Source: the human T2T-CHM13v2.0 reference genome, Homo sapiens
Assembly: GCF_009914755.1 (NCBI RefSeq)
Contig: NC_060947.1
DNA length: 64,000 nt
Strand: one strand, 5' to 3'
In this document: positions 41,939 through 60,438 of the stretch, piece by piece
Position numbering within the stretch: the stretch's first letter is position 1
Layout: each line of letters opens with the position of its first letter
Notes under the pieces: generated by a model
Seen by the model: the letters and a program-made list of their open reading frames with translations, nothing else
What the model was told of the DNA's origin: nothing
Databases searched by the model: none
Position numbers and translations under genes: made by a program

Positions 41939-42462
41939 TGTAGGAAAGTTTAAACTTTCCCTCTAAAGATTTGATCATTGAGTCTGCTAAAATAAACTGA
42001 CAATAAACAGATTAACAGGATAAAAACCATTTTAATTATGTGCATGCAGAAATGAACCTAATAAAAAGATACGAGTCTTAAAGAAGGGGCAGATGAGTGA
42101 AGTTTTTATAACATAAAAGAATAAAGTCTTGAAGCTTTGTGGGAAAGTGATCACAAATAATGGAAGGGAAAGGAGAGAAATTGCATGGTGAATAAAGGTT
42201 GTCTTATTTTGCAGATAAAATCTCTCAGGTAACAAGAGTTGTTTCAGAGAAGCCTCCAGAAGAATAGGCAATAGCCTGTCTGGATGTGGTGATGACTTTT
42301 AATCTCCTCTTTGGTAATTAATACCCCTGGTTGTTTGAGATTCCTAGGGAGGGAGTTCAAGACAATTGCATTCCTTTTGAATAAGGGAAGAGAAGACAAT
42401 TTCAGAGAGATCCCCTCCCTGCACTTGCGGGCAGAAACAAAAGAAGATAAGAGAGACCTTGA
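41939..42462 (-). mobile_element. ERV1 MER4-group LTR (MER67-like), truncated at the Alu
   Basis: tgtagg...aataaactgacaataaacagattaacagga is the reverse of the MER4-group LTR 3' end. Confidence 0.7.
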
Positions 42463-42693
42463 GGCCGGGCGCGGTGGCTCACGCCTGTAATCCCAGCACT
42501 TTGGGAGGCCTAGGTGGGTGGATCACCAGGTCAAGAGATGGAGACCATCCTGGCCAACATGACGAAACCCCGTCTCTACTAAAAATGCAAAAAATTAGCA
42601 GGGCGTGATGGCGGACGCCTGTAGTCCCAGCTACTCGGGAGGCTGAGGCAGGAGAATGGCGTGAACTCGGGAGGTGGAGCTTGCAGTGAGCCG
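42463..42693 (+). mobile_element. 3'-truncated AluY/Sc-like
   Basis: Intact 5' end, stops at gcagtgagccg; no A-tail, no TSD. Confidence 0.93.
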
Positions 42694-42699
42694 TGTAAG

Positions 42700-43450
42700 T
42701 GAGCTTGGAGTAAGAATGGAAGCCAGGTAAATGATCAGGATTAGGTTCCAATGAAAGATGATATTGGCCTAAGTTAAGTTCGTTTCAATGGAAATTGAAA
42801 AAAGTTCACAGTTTATGAGTCATTAAGGAGATAAAATGAAATGATTTGGCAATGACTAGATGCTGGTTATCAAGGATGAAACCCAGGTTTCTTTTTCTGT
42901 GTTAGTCTCTGTCCTTTAAGAGGCAAGTTGCCAGACTAAGAAAGGATGCTCGGTTTTTATCTAGATTTTAGTAAAGAGATCTGGCCTGGAGTTACAGATG
43001 TCAAAGTCATCAACATATGAATAATAATTGAAGTCAGAGAATTATATAAAAGAATCCAAGAAGAGTGTGTGAAGTGGGAAGCAGGGCTAACACAAGATTC
43101 CTAATATAAAAGACTGAACAAAGGAAAAAGCTTATACTGAGAAGATTGAAAACAAGTTGCTAGAGACGTAGAAATTATTTAAATCGGAAACAAAGGTGTA
43201 TTAAATGCTATCAACAGTGTTAAAAATGGCAAGAGGTCAAACAAGACAGTAAGTAAAAAAATGTCATTGTATAATGGGAAAATAGTAGTATTCTGCTGGG
43301 CATGGTGTTAGAAATTGCAATGAAGAGATATGGGAATCTCAGCAGATGTTAGGAAGGTAAAATAGATTAGAATTTATTGAGAGATGAATATGAGAAGATG
43401 TGGAAACAACACTTCAATTTTTAAGAAAACTTTGATGAAGAGGAGGAAAC
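42700..43450 (-). mobile_element. L2 internal fragment
   Basis: gatttggcaatgactagatg, gagatctggcctggagttacagatg...gtcatcaacata, agaggtcaaacaaga. Confidence 0.65.
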
Positions 43451-44003
43451 AAGTAGCTGCAAGGACTTTTTTATTCTTATTTTTTACTTCTGTTCTTAAA
43501 ATGGGAAAGGTATCATATCATAATAAAATTAATAAGTGAATTTAGCAGTATCTTCCAAATTAGATATATGTATTTTAATATTTTAAAGTCCACTGTATTC
43601 GTATATGCTAGCAGTAAAATATCTATTTATGGTAACAAAATATAAAATATTTAGAAATTAACCTAACAAATGATGTCCAAGATTTCTACCCTACAAACTA
43701 CAAAATATTGCTAAAGAAATTTTAAAAGGCTTAAGTAAATGAAGAAATATAATATGTCCACGAATAAAAAGATATTATTTTAAGATGGGAATTTTTCCTT
43801 GATTAATCTATACATTAAATGCAATCACAATCAAACTTCCAGAAGGCTTAAAAGAAAAAAAAACTATAAATTGTCAAGCTGATTCTAAAATTTATATGGA
43901 AATGCAAAGTACCTGGGGTGACAGAAGAGAATATATCACCCCAAAATATGAAGGATTGTTGAGCTGAAGACAATCAAGAAGAAACAGATGCAGGAAAGCT
44001 CAT

Positions 44004-44290
44004 GGCCCGGTGCAGTGGCTCACTCTTGCTATCCCAGCACTTTGGGAGGCCGAGGCAGGCGCATCACGAGGTCAGGAGATCGAGATCACGGTGAAACCCC
44101 GTCTCTACTAAAAATACAAAAAAATTAGCCGGGCGTGGTGGAGGGCGCCTGTAGTCCCAGCTACTGGGAGAGGCTGAGGCAGGAGAACGGTGTGAACCCA
44201 GGAGGCGGAGTTTGCAGTGAGCCGAGATCGCGCCACTGCACTCCAGCCTGGGCGACAGAGCAAGACTCTGTCAAAAAAAAAAAGAAAAGA
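44004..44290 (+). mobile_element. AluY with 12-bp left-arm deletion (AluYc/Yd-type)
   Basis: gagatcgagatcacggtgaaacc lacks the atcctggctaac segment; TSD gaaagctc. Confidence 0.9.
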
Positions 44291-44426
44291 AAGCTCCCTT
44301 TCCTCCCTCTGTTTGCCTAAAAGCAGGACATAGATTTACAAAGACAAATGGCCACCCCCTAAACAGGGAGAACAAAGGTTAACCACCAAAAACAAACTTT
44401 AGACCCTTATCATCTAGAGATAGTAC

Positions 44427-44985
44427 TGAGACTGTCCCTATAAACTGTATAGAATGAATCAGAGAAGGGAGGGGGAGAAAAAAAATTAACCAAGCTTGCA
44501 GCACATTTAACATTAGTCCTGAGGTCAGCTTGCTCCCCAGCCTGCTTCCTCCTAGTCCTTTGCTGTCTATTGCCTCAGAATCACTGAGACCCTGTTATAA
44601 GATTATAGTTCCTCTTAAATACCCTAGATAATAACTTGAACATTATGAGGCATTGTTTCTGCTTTCAAATAATTTTTTAGGTTCTGCATACCAGTGACAC
44701 TACTGATGTCAGCTGGTCTGAGGGACCCCAGGAGAGGCTGACTCACAAAAGAATGCAGTTTCCATATCCTCTTTAACCCAACCATTCAATAGCCCCGATT
44801 TTCCAGCCCCTTGCCCTCCATGATCCCTTCAAAAATCTCAGCCCAGAACTCCTTGGAGAGATGAATTTGATGGCCTTGCTTGATGCCCTACAATCGTCAA
44901 ACTTCCTCTGCTGCAAACCCTGCTGTTTTGATGTAATTGGTCTGTTACTCTGCAGTGGGCATATAAACTTGTTGGTCCTGTAACA
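44427..44985 (+). mobile_element. ERV1 solo LTR (LTR54/LTR8-like, inner)
   Basis: tgagactgtccctataaact...cctgtaaca; TSD gtac/gtaa. Confidence 0.78.
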
Positions 44986-45812
44986 GTAACAGAGGAATCT
45001 ACATTAACAAGCTTTACTAACTAGCCTTTATCTGCCATTTATTTGGTTTCCCGCAAGTTATTACCCCTAGAGAATCACACTCCTTTTCCTTTGTCTTGTC
45101 ACTTCTCTAAAAACTTACTGTTTTTTTGTTGAAGATGATATATGTGCTGAAATTCAAAGCTACTTCTTTGAGAACAACCGCATTCCCTGGTGTTGCCATG
45201 TATATACAAAATATACCTGCTAATAAACATCTGTTTTTCTCTTGTTAATTTGTTTTTTGTTACAATGGCATGTTCCATCTAGGAACCTATGGGGATTATT
45301 CTTCCTCTACACTAGAAAAATAAAAAATTTTTGAAAAACAGAAGTTGGAGAACTTACACTACCTTATTATAAGACTTATTGTAAACCTATATTAATTCAG
45401 ATTAGCATTGTTGAAATGATACACATATAGGTAAACGGTACAGGATGGAAGTACAGAAACAAATCCCACCCACACCCACACATACTATCAATTTTCATAA
45501 AGGTGCCAAAGACATTAAGTGATGAAAGAGAAGTTCTTCACAAGTGGTTCTGATTCAACTGGACATCATGTAGAATAAATAAACATGGCCATTTACCTTA
45601 CACCACATGCAACAATAAAATCTAAATGAATCATGTAACACCTAAAACTACAAAATGTCTAGAGAAAAACATAGGAGAAAATCTCTGTGACCTTGTTGTA
45701 GGCAAAGGTTCCTGTGCCAGAACACAAAAAACACAAACCACGAAGAAAAAGATAAAACACATATTTTAAAAATATTGCTACACAAGAGAAACCCTTAAGA
45801 AAAGCAAAAAGC

Positions 45813-46755
45813 CCCGTCTTCCACAATGGTTGAACTAGTTTACAGTCCCACCAACAGTGTAAAAGTGTTCCTATTTCTCCACATCCTCTCCAGCACCTGT
45901 TGTTTCCTGACTTTTTAATGATCGCCATTCTAACTGGTGTGAGATGGTATCTCATTGTGGTTTTGATTTGCATTTCTCTGATGGCCAGTGATGATGAGCA
46001 TTTTTTCATGTGTCTTTTGGCTGCATAAATGTCTTCTTTTGAGAAGTGTCTGTTCATGTCCTTCGCCCACTTTTTGATGGGGTTGTTTGTTTTTTTCTTG
46101 TAAATTTGTTTGAGTTATTTGTAGATTCTGGATATTAGCCCTTTGTCAGATGAGTAGATTGCAAAAAGACACTGTGGCGATTCCTCAGGGATCTAGAACT
46201 AGAAATACCATTTGACCCAGCCATCCCATTACTGGGTATATACCCAAAGGATTAAAAATAATGCTGCTATAAAGACATGTGCACACGTATGTTTATTGCG
46301 GCACTATTCACAATACCAAAGACTTGGAACCAACCCAAATGTCCAACAATGATAGACTGGATTAAGAAAATGTGGCACATATACACCATGGAGTACTATG
46401 CAGCCATAAAAAATGATGAGTTCGTGTCCTTTGTAGGGACATGGATGAAGCTGGAAACCATCATTCTCAGCAAACTATTGCAAGGAGAAAAAACCAAACA
46501 CCACATGTTCCCACGCATAGTTGGGAATTGAACAATGAGAACACTTGGACACAGGAAGGGGAACATCACACACCGGGGCCTGTTGTGTGGTGGGGGGAGT
46601 GGGGAGGGATAGCATTAGGAGATATACCTAATGCTAAATGACAAGTTAATGGGTGCAGCACACCAACATGGCACATGTATACATATGTAACAAACCTGCA
46701 TGTTGTGCACATGTACCCTAGAACTGAAAGTATAATAAATACATATATATATATA
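45813..46755 (+). mobile_element. 5'-inverted (twin-primed) L1PA3/4-like insertion
   Basis: 45816-46166 antisense, 46166-46755 sense with 3'UTR; 16-bp TSD aagaaaagcaaaaagc. Confidence 0.95.
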
Positions 46756-47006
46756 AAGAAAAGCAAAAAGCAAACCACAGAGTGGAAGAAAAATTTTGTG
46801 ACACATATAACAAAAAAAGAACTTATATCCAGAATATTTAAAGAACTCTTACAACTCAATCCAGAATATTTAAAGAAGTCTTATAACTCATTAGCAAAGA
46901 AAAATAACCCAATAAAAATAGATAAAAGGTATGAACAGACACTTCACAAAAGAAGATCTATGAACATCTAACATCTAATAAGCAGGTTAAAAATGTCCAA
47001 CATCAA

Positions 47007-47309
47007 AGCTGGGAGCGGTGGCTCACGCCTGTAATCCCAGCACTTAGGAAGGCCGAGGCAGGGAGATAACGAGGTCAGGAGTTTGAGACCAGCCTGACCA
47101 ACATGGTGAAACCCCATCTCTACTAAAAAATACAAAAATTAGCCGAATGTGATGGTGGGTGCCTGTAATCCCAGCTACTCAACAGGCTGAGGCAGGAGAA
47201 TTGCTTCAACCTGGGAGATGGAGGTTGCAGTGAGCTGAGATCTCACCACTGCACTCCAGCCTGACTGACAGAGTGAGCTGTCTCAAAAAAAAAAAAAAAA
47301 AAAAAAAAA
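47007..47309 (+). mobile_element. AluS (Sg-like)
   Basis: Full dimer, A-tail, TSD aaa(t)gt(c/t)caacatca. Confidence 0.95.
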
Positions 47310-48336
47310 GTTCAACATCATTAGTTACCAGATAAATTTAAGTTAAAACTACAAAATTATCCCAAAATAAACAAACAAACAAACAAAAACCCACCCACTA
47401 GAATGGCTAAATTGAAAACACTGTACAAACTGTTGGTAAGGATGAGGAGCAACTGAAATCTCTTACATTAGTGGTGTTAATATAAAATAGTACAACCGCT
47501 TTTAAAAAGAGTCTTGGAGTTTCCTAAATAGTTAATTATACACCAACTATTTCCTCGAAAACATTTATCTAAGATATACACACAAAGACTTGCATCCAAA
47601 TGTCCATAGTTGTTTTTATTTGTAAATAGCCTCAAACTGGAAACAATCTAAATATTCATCAATAGATCATGGATGGTGGTATGTTCATATGACCAAATAC
47701 ACCTTGGCAATCAAATGGAATGAACTACTGACACAAGAAACAACTTGGATAAATCTCAAATTATAATGTTTTTCTAAGAAGCCAGGCCCTCACCCCCTAC
47801 TTTAAAAAAGTGTGTAATTGTGATCTCTTTTATATAAACTTTCAGGAAATGCTAACTAATCTACACTGAAAGAAAGAAGCTCAGTGGTTTCCTGAGGACA
47901 CTGGTAAAGGGAGGCGATAATGCAGGAAGGGATAGATTTTTTTAAAAGCAAGCGGAAATTTTAGGAGTTGTTTAAAATGTTATCTTGATTGTGGTGATGA
48001 TTTCACAGGTGTATACATATCTTAAAACTAATCAAATTGTGTCTTTTAAATATATGAAGTTAATTGATGTTAATTATATTTCAATAAAATTGTTTAAAGA
48101 AATATAGATATGCCTATATAAACATTGGAAAAGACTGGTACTTCTAAGAAGGGGGTAAAAACATTTTTATATGTAGCCGTTGATCATAAAAAGCAATTTC
48201 TACAAAGCGTGATCCAAAGATGATTTTCATTTTAATTTTCTGAATCCCTCCATGGTCAGTATTATGTCTCACTAGAATAAAACACATAATACCAGAAACA
48301 AATACTGGAATATAATATTGTTAAGAGCTTTATCTC

Positions 48337-48870
<534 letters not shown>

Positions 48871-49282
48871 TTTAAAAAAAAAAAAAGCAGTCATGTGGTT
48901 GATACTTTCATTCCATGTGCTTATGGCATATTTCCTCAAAGGCAAACAAGGTACACTATTTAGTTGTTAGTAGGCAACAGTCTTTGTGTTTTTCTGAGTG
49001 GAAGTAGTCTTATTTGGAATCCAGTTATCTCCCCTTCCCCTCTACAAAATAGCAGCATTGTTGTAAAGGTCTTTGTCTAATGGCAAAATTTTCCTACTGA
49101 AACTTTTCTGTAAAACCCCATTTTGAAGTGTTCAACGGTGGCTTTTTTACAATATTTTCAACTATTTGTAGCTACTGATGGATAGAGATTACCCTTTAAC
49201 TATCAGGACCCTCTACAGGTGTTTTCTCTAGTAGTAATGTAAAAAGACAACAAATATCACTATAGCCTTACAACATTTTGAG

Positions 49283-49408
49283 ATATATATAATATTAATT
49301 ATATTATAAATAATATGATTATAAATAACATAATTATATGATTATGTGATATATTAATTATAATTGTTATAATTATAATATATAATATATAATTTTATAT
49401 ATATATAT
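49283..49408. repeat. AT-rich low-complexity tract (Alu tail-derived)
   Basis: Almost pure A/T with (TA)n next to the AluJ tail. Confidence 0.75.
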
Positions 49409-49685
49409 TTTTAGAGACAGCATCTCTCTCTGTCACCTAAACTAGAGTGCAGTGGCATGATCATGGCTCACTGCAGCCTCAAAGTTCTAGGCTCCAGTGA
49501 TCCTCCTACCTCAGCCTCCTCACCCTCTCAAGTAGTTAGGACTACAGGCCTGTGCCACCATGCCTGACTAATTTTAAAACTTTTTTTAGAGATGGGGTCT
49601 TACTATGTTGCCCAGGCTCAAGTGATCCTCCTGCCTCAGCCTCCGGAATAGGTGGGATTACAGGTGCAAGCCACAGCTCCTGGCT
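49408..49685 (-). mobile_element. AluJ
   Basis: atcatggctcactgcagcctc; left-arm deletion at cccaggctcaagtg. Confidence 0.9.
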
Positions 49686-50943
49686 CAATTTTGGTAATAT
49701 TTTATATCTGTTTCTTAAGATCTAATACACGTAGAGGCTGAGATTCCCAGTGTTGTTAGGCAACATTTAATATAGCTTACAGCCCCAGGCATTGCCTTCA
49801 ATTTTTATTTACGTTCCAATCCTTAAGTTTGCCACTTACTGTGAAAAACAGTGTTCACTTCAGTGAATCAAGTTTTCATACTTCATTTTAATTCTCACCT
49901 TTCACTTGCAATTTCATTTTGAATCACATTACCTTCAGGTCATGTAATGTATTATCCAATATGTTTCACTTACGTAACCCAAAGTTCAGCATATATTCCT
50001 GTTATAGGCCATGAAGTTAAAATAAAAAGAATTGCTGACTGAATGAGACCCACAAAACTTCTTGCTACCTGAGATTACGTCAAATTTAATGGACAAAGCT
50101 GGCTGTCTTTCTCTAATCTGGTTAAGATCAATCAAGCAAAAGGTGTATTTGACTTCAATTTAATTCCAATTAGCCTTGTAATCACATTTTGGAGTTATAG
50201 TGCATAAATGAGCAGGGAAGGTTGGCATAACATTAAAAGCCTCTGTTTTGTATAATTCATTTTTAAATATTAAATATGTGCTTATTCTGCAGGAATTCTG
50301 CTTGTGTTTTCAAGATCCTATTTAAAAAATATAGATGTTTTTTGGGAAATAGGAAAATAAGAGGGCAAAGCCCATATTTCATAGTTTTCTGTACATTTAT
50401 ATGGCTATAATAAATATGTATTAAATGTTTCCTTATGTGAGCATTTCCTAGCCCCATCCCAGAACCTCTGGAATCTCTCATTCACCTTATCTATGGCAGA
50501 TGGATCCTTACTCTTCATAGGTCTGTGATGACCTGTAGGAAATAGAGGAGGAATGGATTGTATATACTAAGAACTCTCCATCCCCGCATTTGGCCCATAC
50601 TCAATCATGCTACCAATTCTGTCAAGCTTTTACAGATATGAATAAGAGCCAAGGTTACTTTCCTGATATAAAGGGATAAAGAAAATAGCCATTGTATAAA
50701 TTTTAAAAATGAATCTTTTCTTAAAGACAGGCCAGAAGCCAAAGAAAATCACCGGTAGTTGATTTGGACTTGCCATGATCTCTACTGCTCATCTAAATAC
50801 CCAGTAGAGTGACTCAACTTTATAAGAAATAATAAATATTTACGTATGTCTAGATAAGATTTACAGTTTATGAGGCCCTGGCAATTAGGCAAGAAAAATA
50901 AAAGGCATTGAGATTAGAAAAGAAGTAAAACTATCTCTATTTA

Positions 50944-51292
<349 letters not shown>

Positions 51293-51731
51293 AAGTTCAG
51301 CGAGGTCAGAAGGTAAAAGCCAACATACAAAAATCAAAGGTATTATTATTACTGAGACAGAGTCTCTCTGTTGCCCAGGCTGGTGTACAATGACACAAGC
51401 TCTGCTCACTGCAACCTCTGCCTCCTGGGTTCAAGTGATTCTCCTGCCTCAGCCTCCTGAGTAGCTGGGATTACAGGTGCCTGGCACCACACCCAACTAA
51501 TTTTTATATTTTTTTTGGCTTATTATTATTTTTTTATTTTTATTATACTTTAAGTTCAGGGATACATGTGCAGAACGTGCAGGTTTGTTACATAGGTATA
51601 CACATGCCATGGTGGCTTGCTGCATCCACCAACCCATATTTCTCCTAATGCTATCCCTCCCCTAGCCCCCAACCCCCTGACAGGCCCCGGTGTGTGATGT
51701 TTCCCTCCCTGTGTCCATGTGTTCTCATTGC

Positions 51732-55889
<4,158 letters not shown>

Positions 55890-55973
55890 TGTGATGCTAG
55901 CTGGTTATTTTGCCCATTAGTTGATGCAGTTTTTCATAGCATCGATGGAGTTTCTTCATAGTGTCAATGGTCT

Positions 55974-56976
55974 TTACAATTTGGTATGTTTTTGCAGTGG
56001 CTGGTACCAGTTTTTCCTTTCCATATTTAGTGTTTCCTTCAGGAGCTCATGTAAGGCAGGCCTGATAGTGACAAAATCTCTCAGCATTTGCTTGTCTGTA
56101 AAGGATTTTTATTTCTCCTTCACTTATGAGCTTAGTTTGGCTGGATATGAAATTCTGGGTTGAAAATTATTTTCTTTAAGAATGTTGAATATTGGCGCCC
56201 ACTCTCTTCTGCCTTGTAGCGTTTCTGCAGAGAGATCTGCTGTTAGTCTGATGGGCTTCCCTTTGTGCATAACCCAAACTTTCTCTCTAGCTGCCCTTAA
56301 CATTTTTCCTTCATTTCAACCTTGGTGAATCTGACGATTATGTGTCTTAGGGTTGCTCTTTCTGAGGAGTATCTTTGTGGTGTTCTCTGTATTTCCTGAA
56401 TTTGAATGTTGGCCTGTCTTGCTATGTTGGGGAAGTTCTCTTGGATAATAAACTGAAGACTGCTTTCCAACTTGGTTCTATTCTCCCCATCACTTTCAGG
56501 TACACCAATCAAACGTAGATTTGGTCTTTTCACATAGTCCCATATTTCTTGGAGGCTTTATTCATTCCTTTTCATTCTTTTTTCTCTAATCTTGTCTTCA
56601 CACTTTATTTCATTAAGTTGATTTTCAGCCTCTGATATCCTTTCTTCCGCTTGATCTATTTGGCTATTGATACTTGTGTATGCTTCACGAAGTTCTCGTG
56701 CTATGTTTTTCAGCTCCATCTGGTCACTTATGTCCTTCTCTAAACTGATCATTCTTGTTAGCAATTCCTCTAACCCTTTTTCAAGATTCTTTGCTTCCTT
56801 GCATTGGGTTAAAACATGCTCCTTTAGCTCAGAGGAGTTTGTTATTACTCACCTTCTGAAGCCTACTTCTGTCAATTCATCAAACTCATTCTCCGTCCAG
56901 TTTTGTTCCCTTTCTGGCAAGGAGTTGTGATCCTTTGGAGGAAAGAGGCACTCTGGTTTTTGGAATTTTCAGCCTT
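55974..56976 (-). pseudogene. L1 ORF1 remnant, start codon deleted
   Basis: KRPNLRLIGVPESDGEN, RHIIVRFTKVEMKEK, coiled-coil ELKNIARELRE. Confidence 0.9.
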
Positions 56977-58584
56977 ATCTACCTTTGGTCTTTGATGTTG
57001 GTGACCTTCAGATGGGGTTTTTGAATGGACATCTTTTTTCTTGATTTTGATGCTATTCTTTTCTGTCTGTTAGTTTTCCTTCTAACCGTCAGGCCCCTCT
57101 GTTGCATGTCTACTGGAGTTTGCTGGAGGTCCACTCCAGACCCTATTTGCCTGGGTATCACTGGCAGAGTCTGCAGAACAACAAAGATTGCTGCCTTTTC
57201 CTTCCTCTGGAAGCTTCGTCCCAGGGGGACACCTGCCAGATGCCAGCCAGAGCTCTCCTGTATGAGGTGTCTGTTGATGCCTGCTGGGAGGTGTCTCCCA
57301 GTCAGGAGGCACGGGGCTCAGGGACCCACTTGAGAAGGTAGTCTGTCCCTTAGCAGAGCTCAAATGCTATGCTGGGAGATCCACTGCTCTCTTCAGAGCT
57401 GGCAGGCAGGAACACTTAAGTCTGCTGAAGCTGTGCCCACAGCCGCCCCTTCCCCCAGGTGCTCTGTCCCAGAGAGATGGGAGTTTTATCTATAAGCCCC
57501 TGACTGGTGCTGCTGCCTTTCTTTCAGAGATGCCCTGCCCAGGGAGGAGGAATCTAGAGAGGCAGTCTGGCTACAGTGGCTTTGAGGAGCTGCAGTGGGC
57601 TCCACCCAGTTGGAACTTCCCAAGGGCTTTGTTTACACTATGAGGGGAAAGCTGCCTACTCAAGCCTCAGTAATGGCAGATGACGCTCTCCCCACCAAGC
57701 TCAAGCGTCCCAGGTTGGCTTCAGATGGCTGTGCTGGCAGTGAGAATTTCAAGCCAGTGGATCTTAGCTTGCTGGGTTCTGTGGGGGTGGGATCCAATGA
57801 GCTAGACTACTTGGCTCCCTGGCTTCAGCCCCCTTTCCAGGGGAGTGAACAGTTCTGTCTCACTGGTGTTCCAAGTGCCACTGGGGTATGAAAAAAAACT
57901 CCTGCACCTTGCTTGGTGTCTTCCCAAATGGCTGTCCAGTTTTGTGTTTGAAACCCAGGGCCCTGGTGGTGTAGGCACCCGAGGGAATCTCCTGGTCTGA
58001 GGGTTGCGAAGACCATGGGAAGGGCATACCATCTGGGCTGGAATGCACTGTTCCTCACAAAACGGTCCCTCATGGCTTTTCTTGGCTAGGGGAGGGAGTT
58101 CCCCAATCCCTTGCACTTCCTGGGTGAGGCAACGCCCCACCCTGCTTCGGCTTGCCCTCCGAGGGCAGCACTCACTATCTAACCAGTCCCAGTGAGATGA
58201 GTCGGGTACCTCAGTTGGAAATGCAGAAATCGGCCACCTTCTGTGTTGATTTCACCGGGAGCTGCAGACAAGAGCTGTTCCTTTTCCGCCATCTTGTCAG
58301 TCACCTAATTTTTATATTTTTTGTAGAGATGAGGTTTCATCATGTTGCCCAGGCTGGTCTCAAACTCCTGACCTCAGGTGATACACCTGCCTGGGCCTGC
58401 CAAAATGCTAGGATTACAAGCGTGAGCCACCATACCTGGGCGAAAAAATCAATTGAACTTTTCATATACTTGCAATGAGTAATTTGATGTTAAGAGAAGA
58501 AAACAACAGCATCAAAAATATGAAATATTTAAGAATAAATTTATCAAAAAAGTACAAAACTTATTCTCTAAAACTACAAAACTG

Positions 58585-58797
58585 TTTTTTAACTTTTCGG
58601 TTCAGGGGCACACCCACAGGTTTGTTATATAGGTAAATTGCATGTCACGGGGTTTGCTGTATAGATTTTTTTTCATCACTTGGATAGTAATCATAGTACC
58701 TAATAGGCAATTTTTCAATCCTCGCCCTCCTCCTACCCTCCAGCTTCAAGTAGGCCCCAGTGTCTGTTGTTTCCTTCTTTGTGTCCATGCGTACTCC
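58585..58797 (-). mobile_element. Short L1PA15/16-like 3' end
   Basis: ggttcaggggcacacc...ataggtaaattgcatgtcacggggttt; TSD aaaact(a/g)caaaa. Confidence 0.85.
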
Positions 58798-60438
58798 ATG
58801 AAAAACTGCAAAATATTGGCAAAAAATTTTTAAATAGAAACACATTGCATGTTCATTGATTAGAATACTTAATATTGTTCAGATGGCAATACTTCCCAAT
58901 CAGTCCACAGATTCAACAGAATCCCCATAAAATCATAGCTGGATTTTTGCATAAATGGATAAACTGATCCTAAGATTCATATGGATATTTAAAGGATCAA
59001 GAAAAGCCAAGCTAATATTGGAAAGAAAGAATAAAGTTGAAGAATTCTTGCTTCTGAATTTCAAAATTTGCCACAAAACTACAGTAATAAAGAAAATGTA
59101 GTGCTGGCATCAGTTTAGACATATAATTCAATGGAATAAAATTGAGCATACAGAAATAATTGTGCATTTATGCACAACTGATGCTTGACAAAGGTGCCAA
59201 GAAAATTCAATGGGAAAAGAATAGTCTTTTCAACAATTGGTGCTGGGACAATTGGATATTCATATGTGAAAGAATGAAATTAAACTTACTCTTTACCACA
59301 CCACACACTAAAATTTACTCAAAATGGATCACTGATCTAAACGTAGTAGCTAAAAATAATTTTTAAAAAAACTTTTAAAAGAAAACATTGGCATAAATTT
59401 TTGTGACCTCGAGTTAGGCAAAGCACAAGTGACATCTAGATATGACAACAAAACTTCAAATGACAAAAAAAAAGACAAATTGAACTTCATCAAAAACTTT
59501 TGTGCTTCAAAGGATACTATCAAGAATGTGAAAAGTCCACCCCAAAATGGAAGCAAATATTTGTAAATTACATATCTGATAAGGGACTTGTATGTAGAAT
59601 ATAAGAGAAACTCATGTCTCAATATTGTAAAGACAAATAAGCCAACTTTAAAAATGGCAAGAAATCAGAATAGATATTTATCTGAAGAAAATATACAAAT
59701 TGCCAATAAGCACATGAAAAGATGTTCAACACCATTAGTCATTAGTAAAATGTAAATCAAAACCACAATGAGGTAACACATCCAGTAGGACAGTCATGAT
59801 TTAGAAAAAAATAAAAGGAAAATAGCAAGTGTTGACAAGGATATTGGGAAATTGGAACCTTCATATATTGCTGGCGGGAATATATATACTAGTGAAGCTG
59901 CTATGGAAGATAGTTTGGTGGTTATTGAAAAACTTGAACACAGAATTAACATATTCTGTTAATGTTTTAACATATTCTCTTAAGCTATTTTACTTTTCGA
60001 TATATATCCAAAAGAAATAAAAACAGATGTTCAAGCAAATATGTTTACCAGAATGCTCATAGTAGCAGTATTCATAATACACAAAAACTGGAAAGAACCC
60101 AAATGTTCATCAACTAATGAGTGGATAACCAAATATGGTATATCCATACAATAAAATATTATTCAGCCATAAAAAGAAATGAACTACGGATTTGTGCTAT
60201 AACGTGGATGAACCTTTAAAACATTATGCTATGTGAAAGAAGCCAAAGATAAAAGGCCAAATATTTTATGATTACATTTATAAGAAATGTCTGGAATAAG
60301 CAAATCTATAGAGACAGAAATTGGATTACTGGTGCCAGGGATTGGATGGAGGGGGCAGTAAGGAGTGACTACTTAAGGAGGACAGGTTTTCTTTTGGGGG
60401 CTATGAAAATGTTCTAAAATTGATTTTGGTGATGGTTG

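Larger units (their letters stand above)
43917..45311 (+). mobile_element. ERV1 MER4-group solo LTR (outer)
   Basis: caccccaaaatatg...gagctgaag start, taataaac, ends cctctaca; TSD ctgg/ctag. Confidence 0.75.
43600..48102 (+). mobile_element. Old L1M (MB/MC-like) ORF2-3'UTR host carrying nested LTRs, L1PA and Alu
   Basis: Collinear L1 segments at 43600-43916, 45312-45812, 46756-47005 and 47310-48102 ending tcaataaaattgtttaaa. Confidence 0.85.

Noticed and set aside
57025-58478. Cluster of overlapping ORFs and raised GC suggesting a gene or CpG island
   Set aside because: This is the L1 5'UTR; CpGs are largely decayed.
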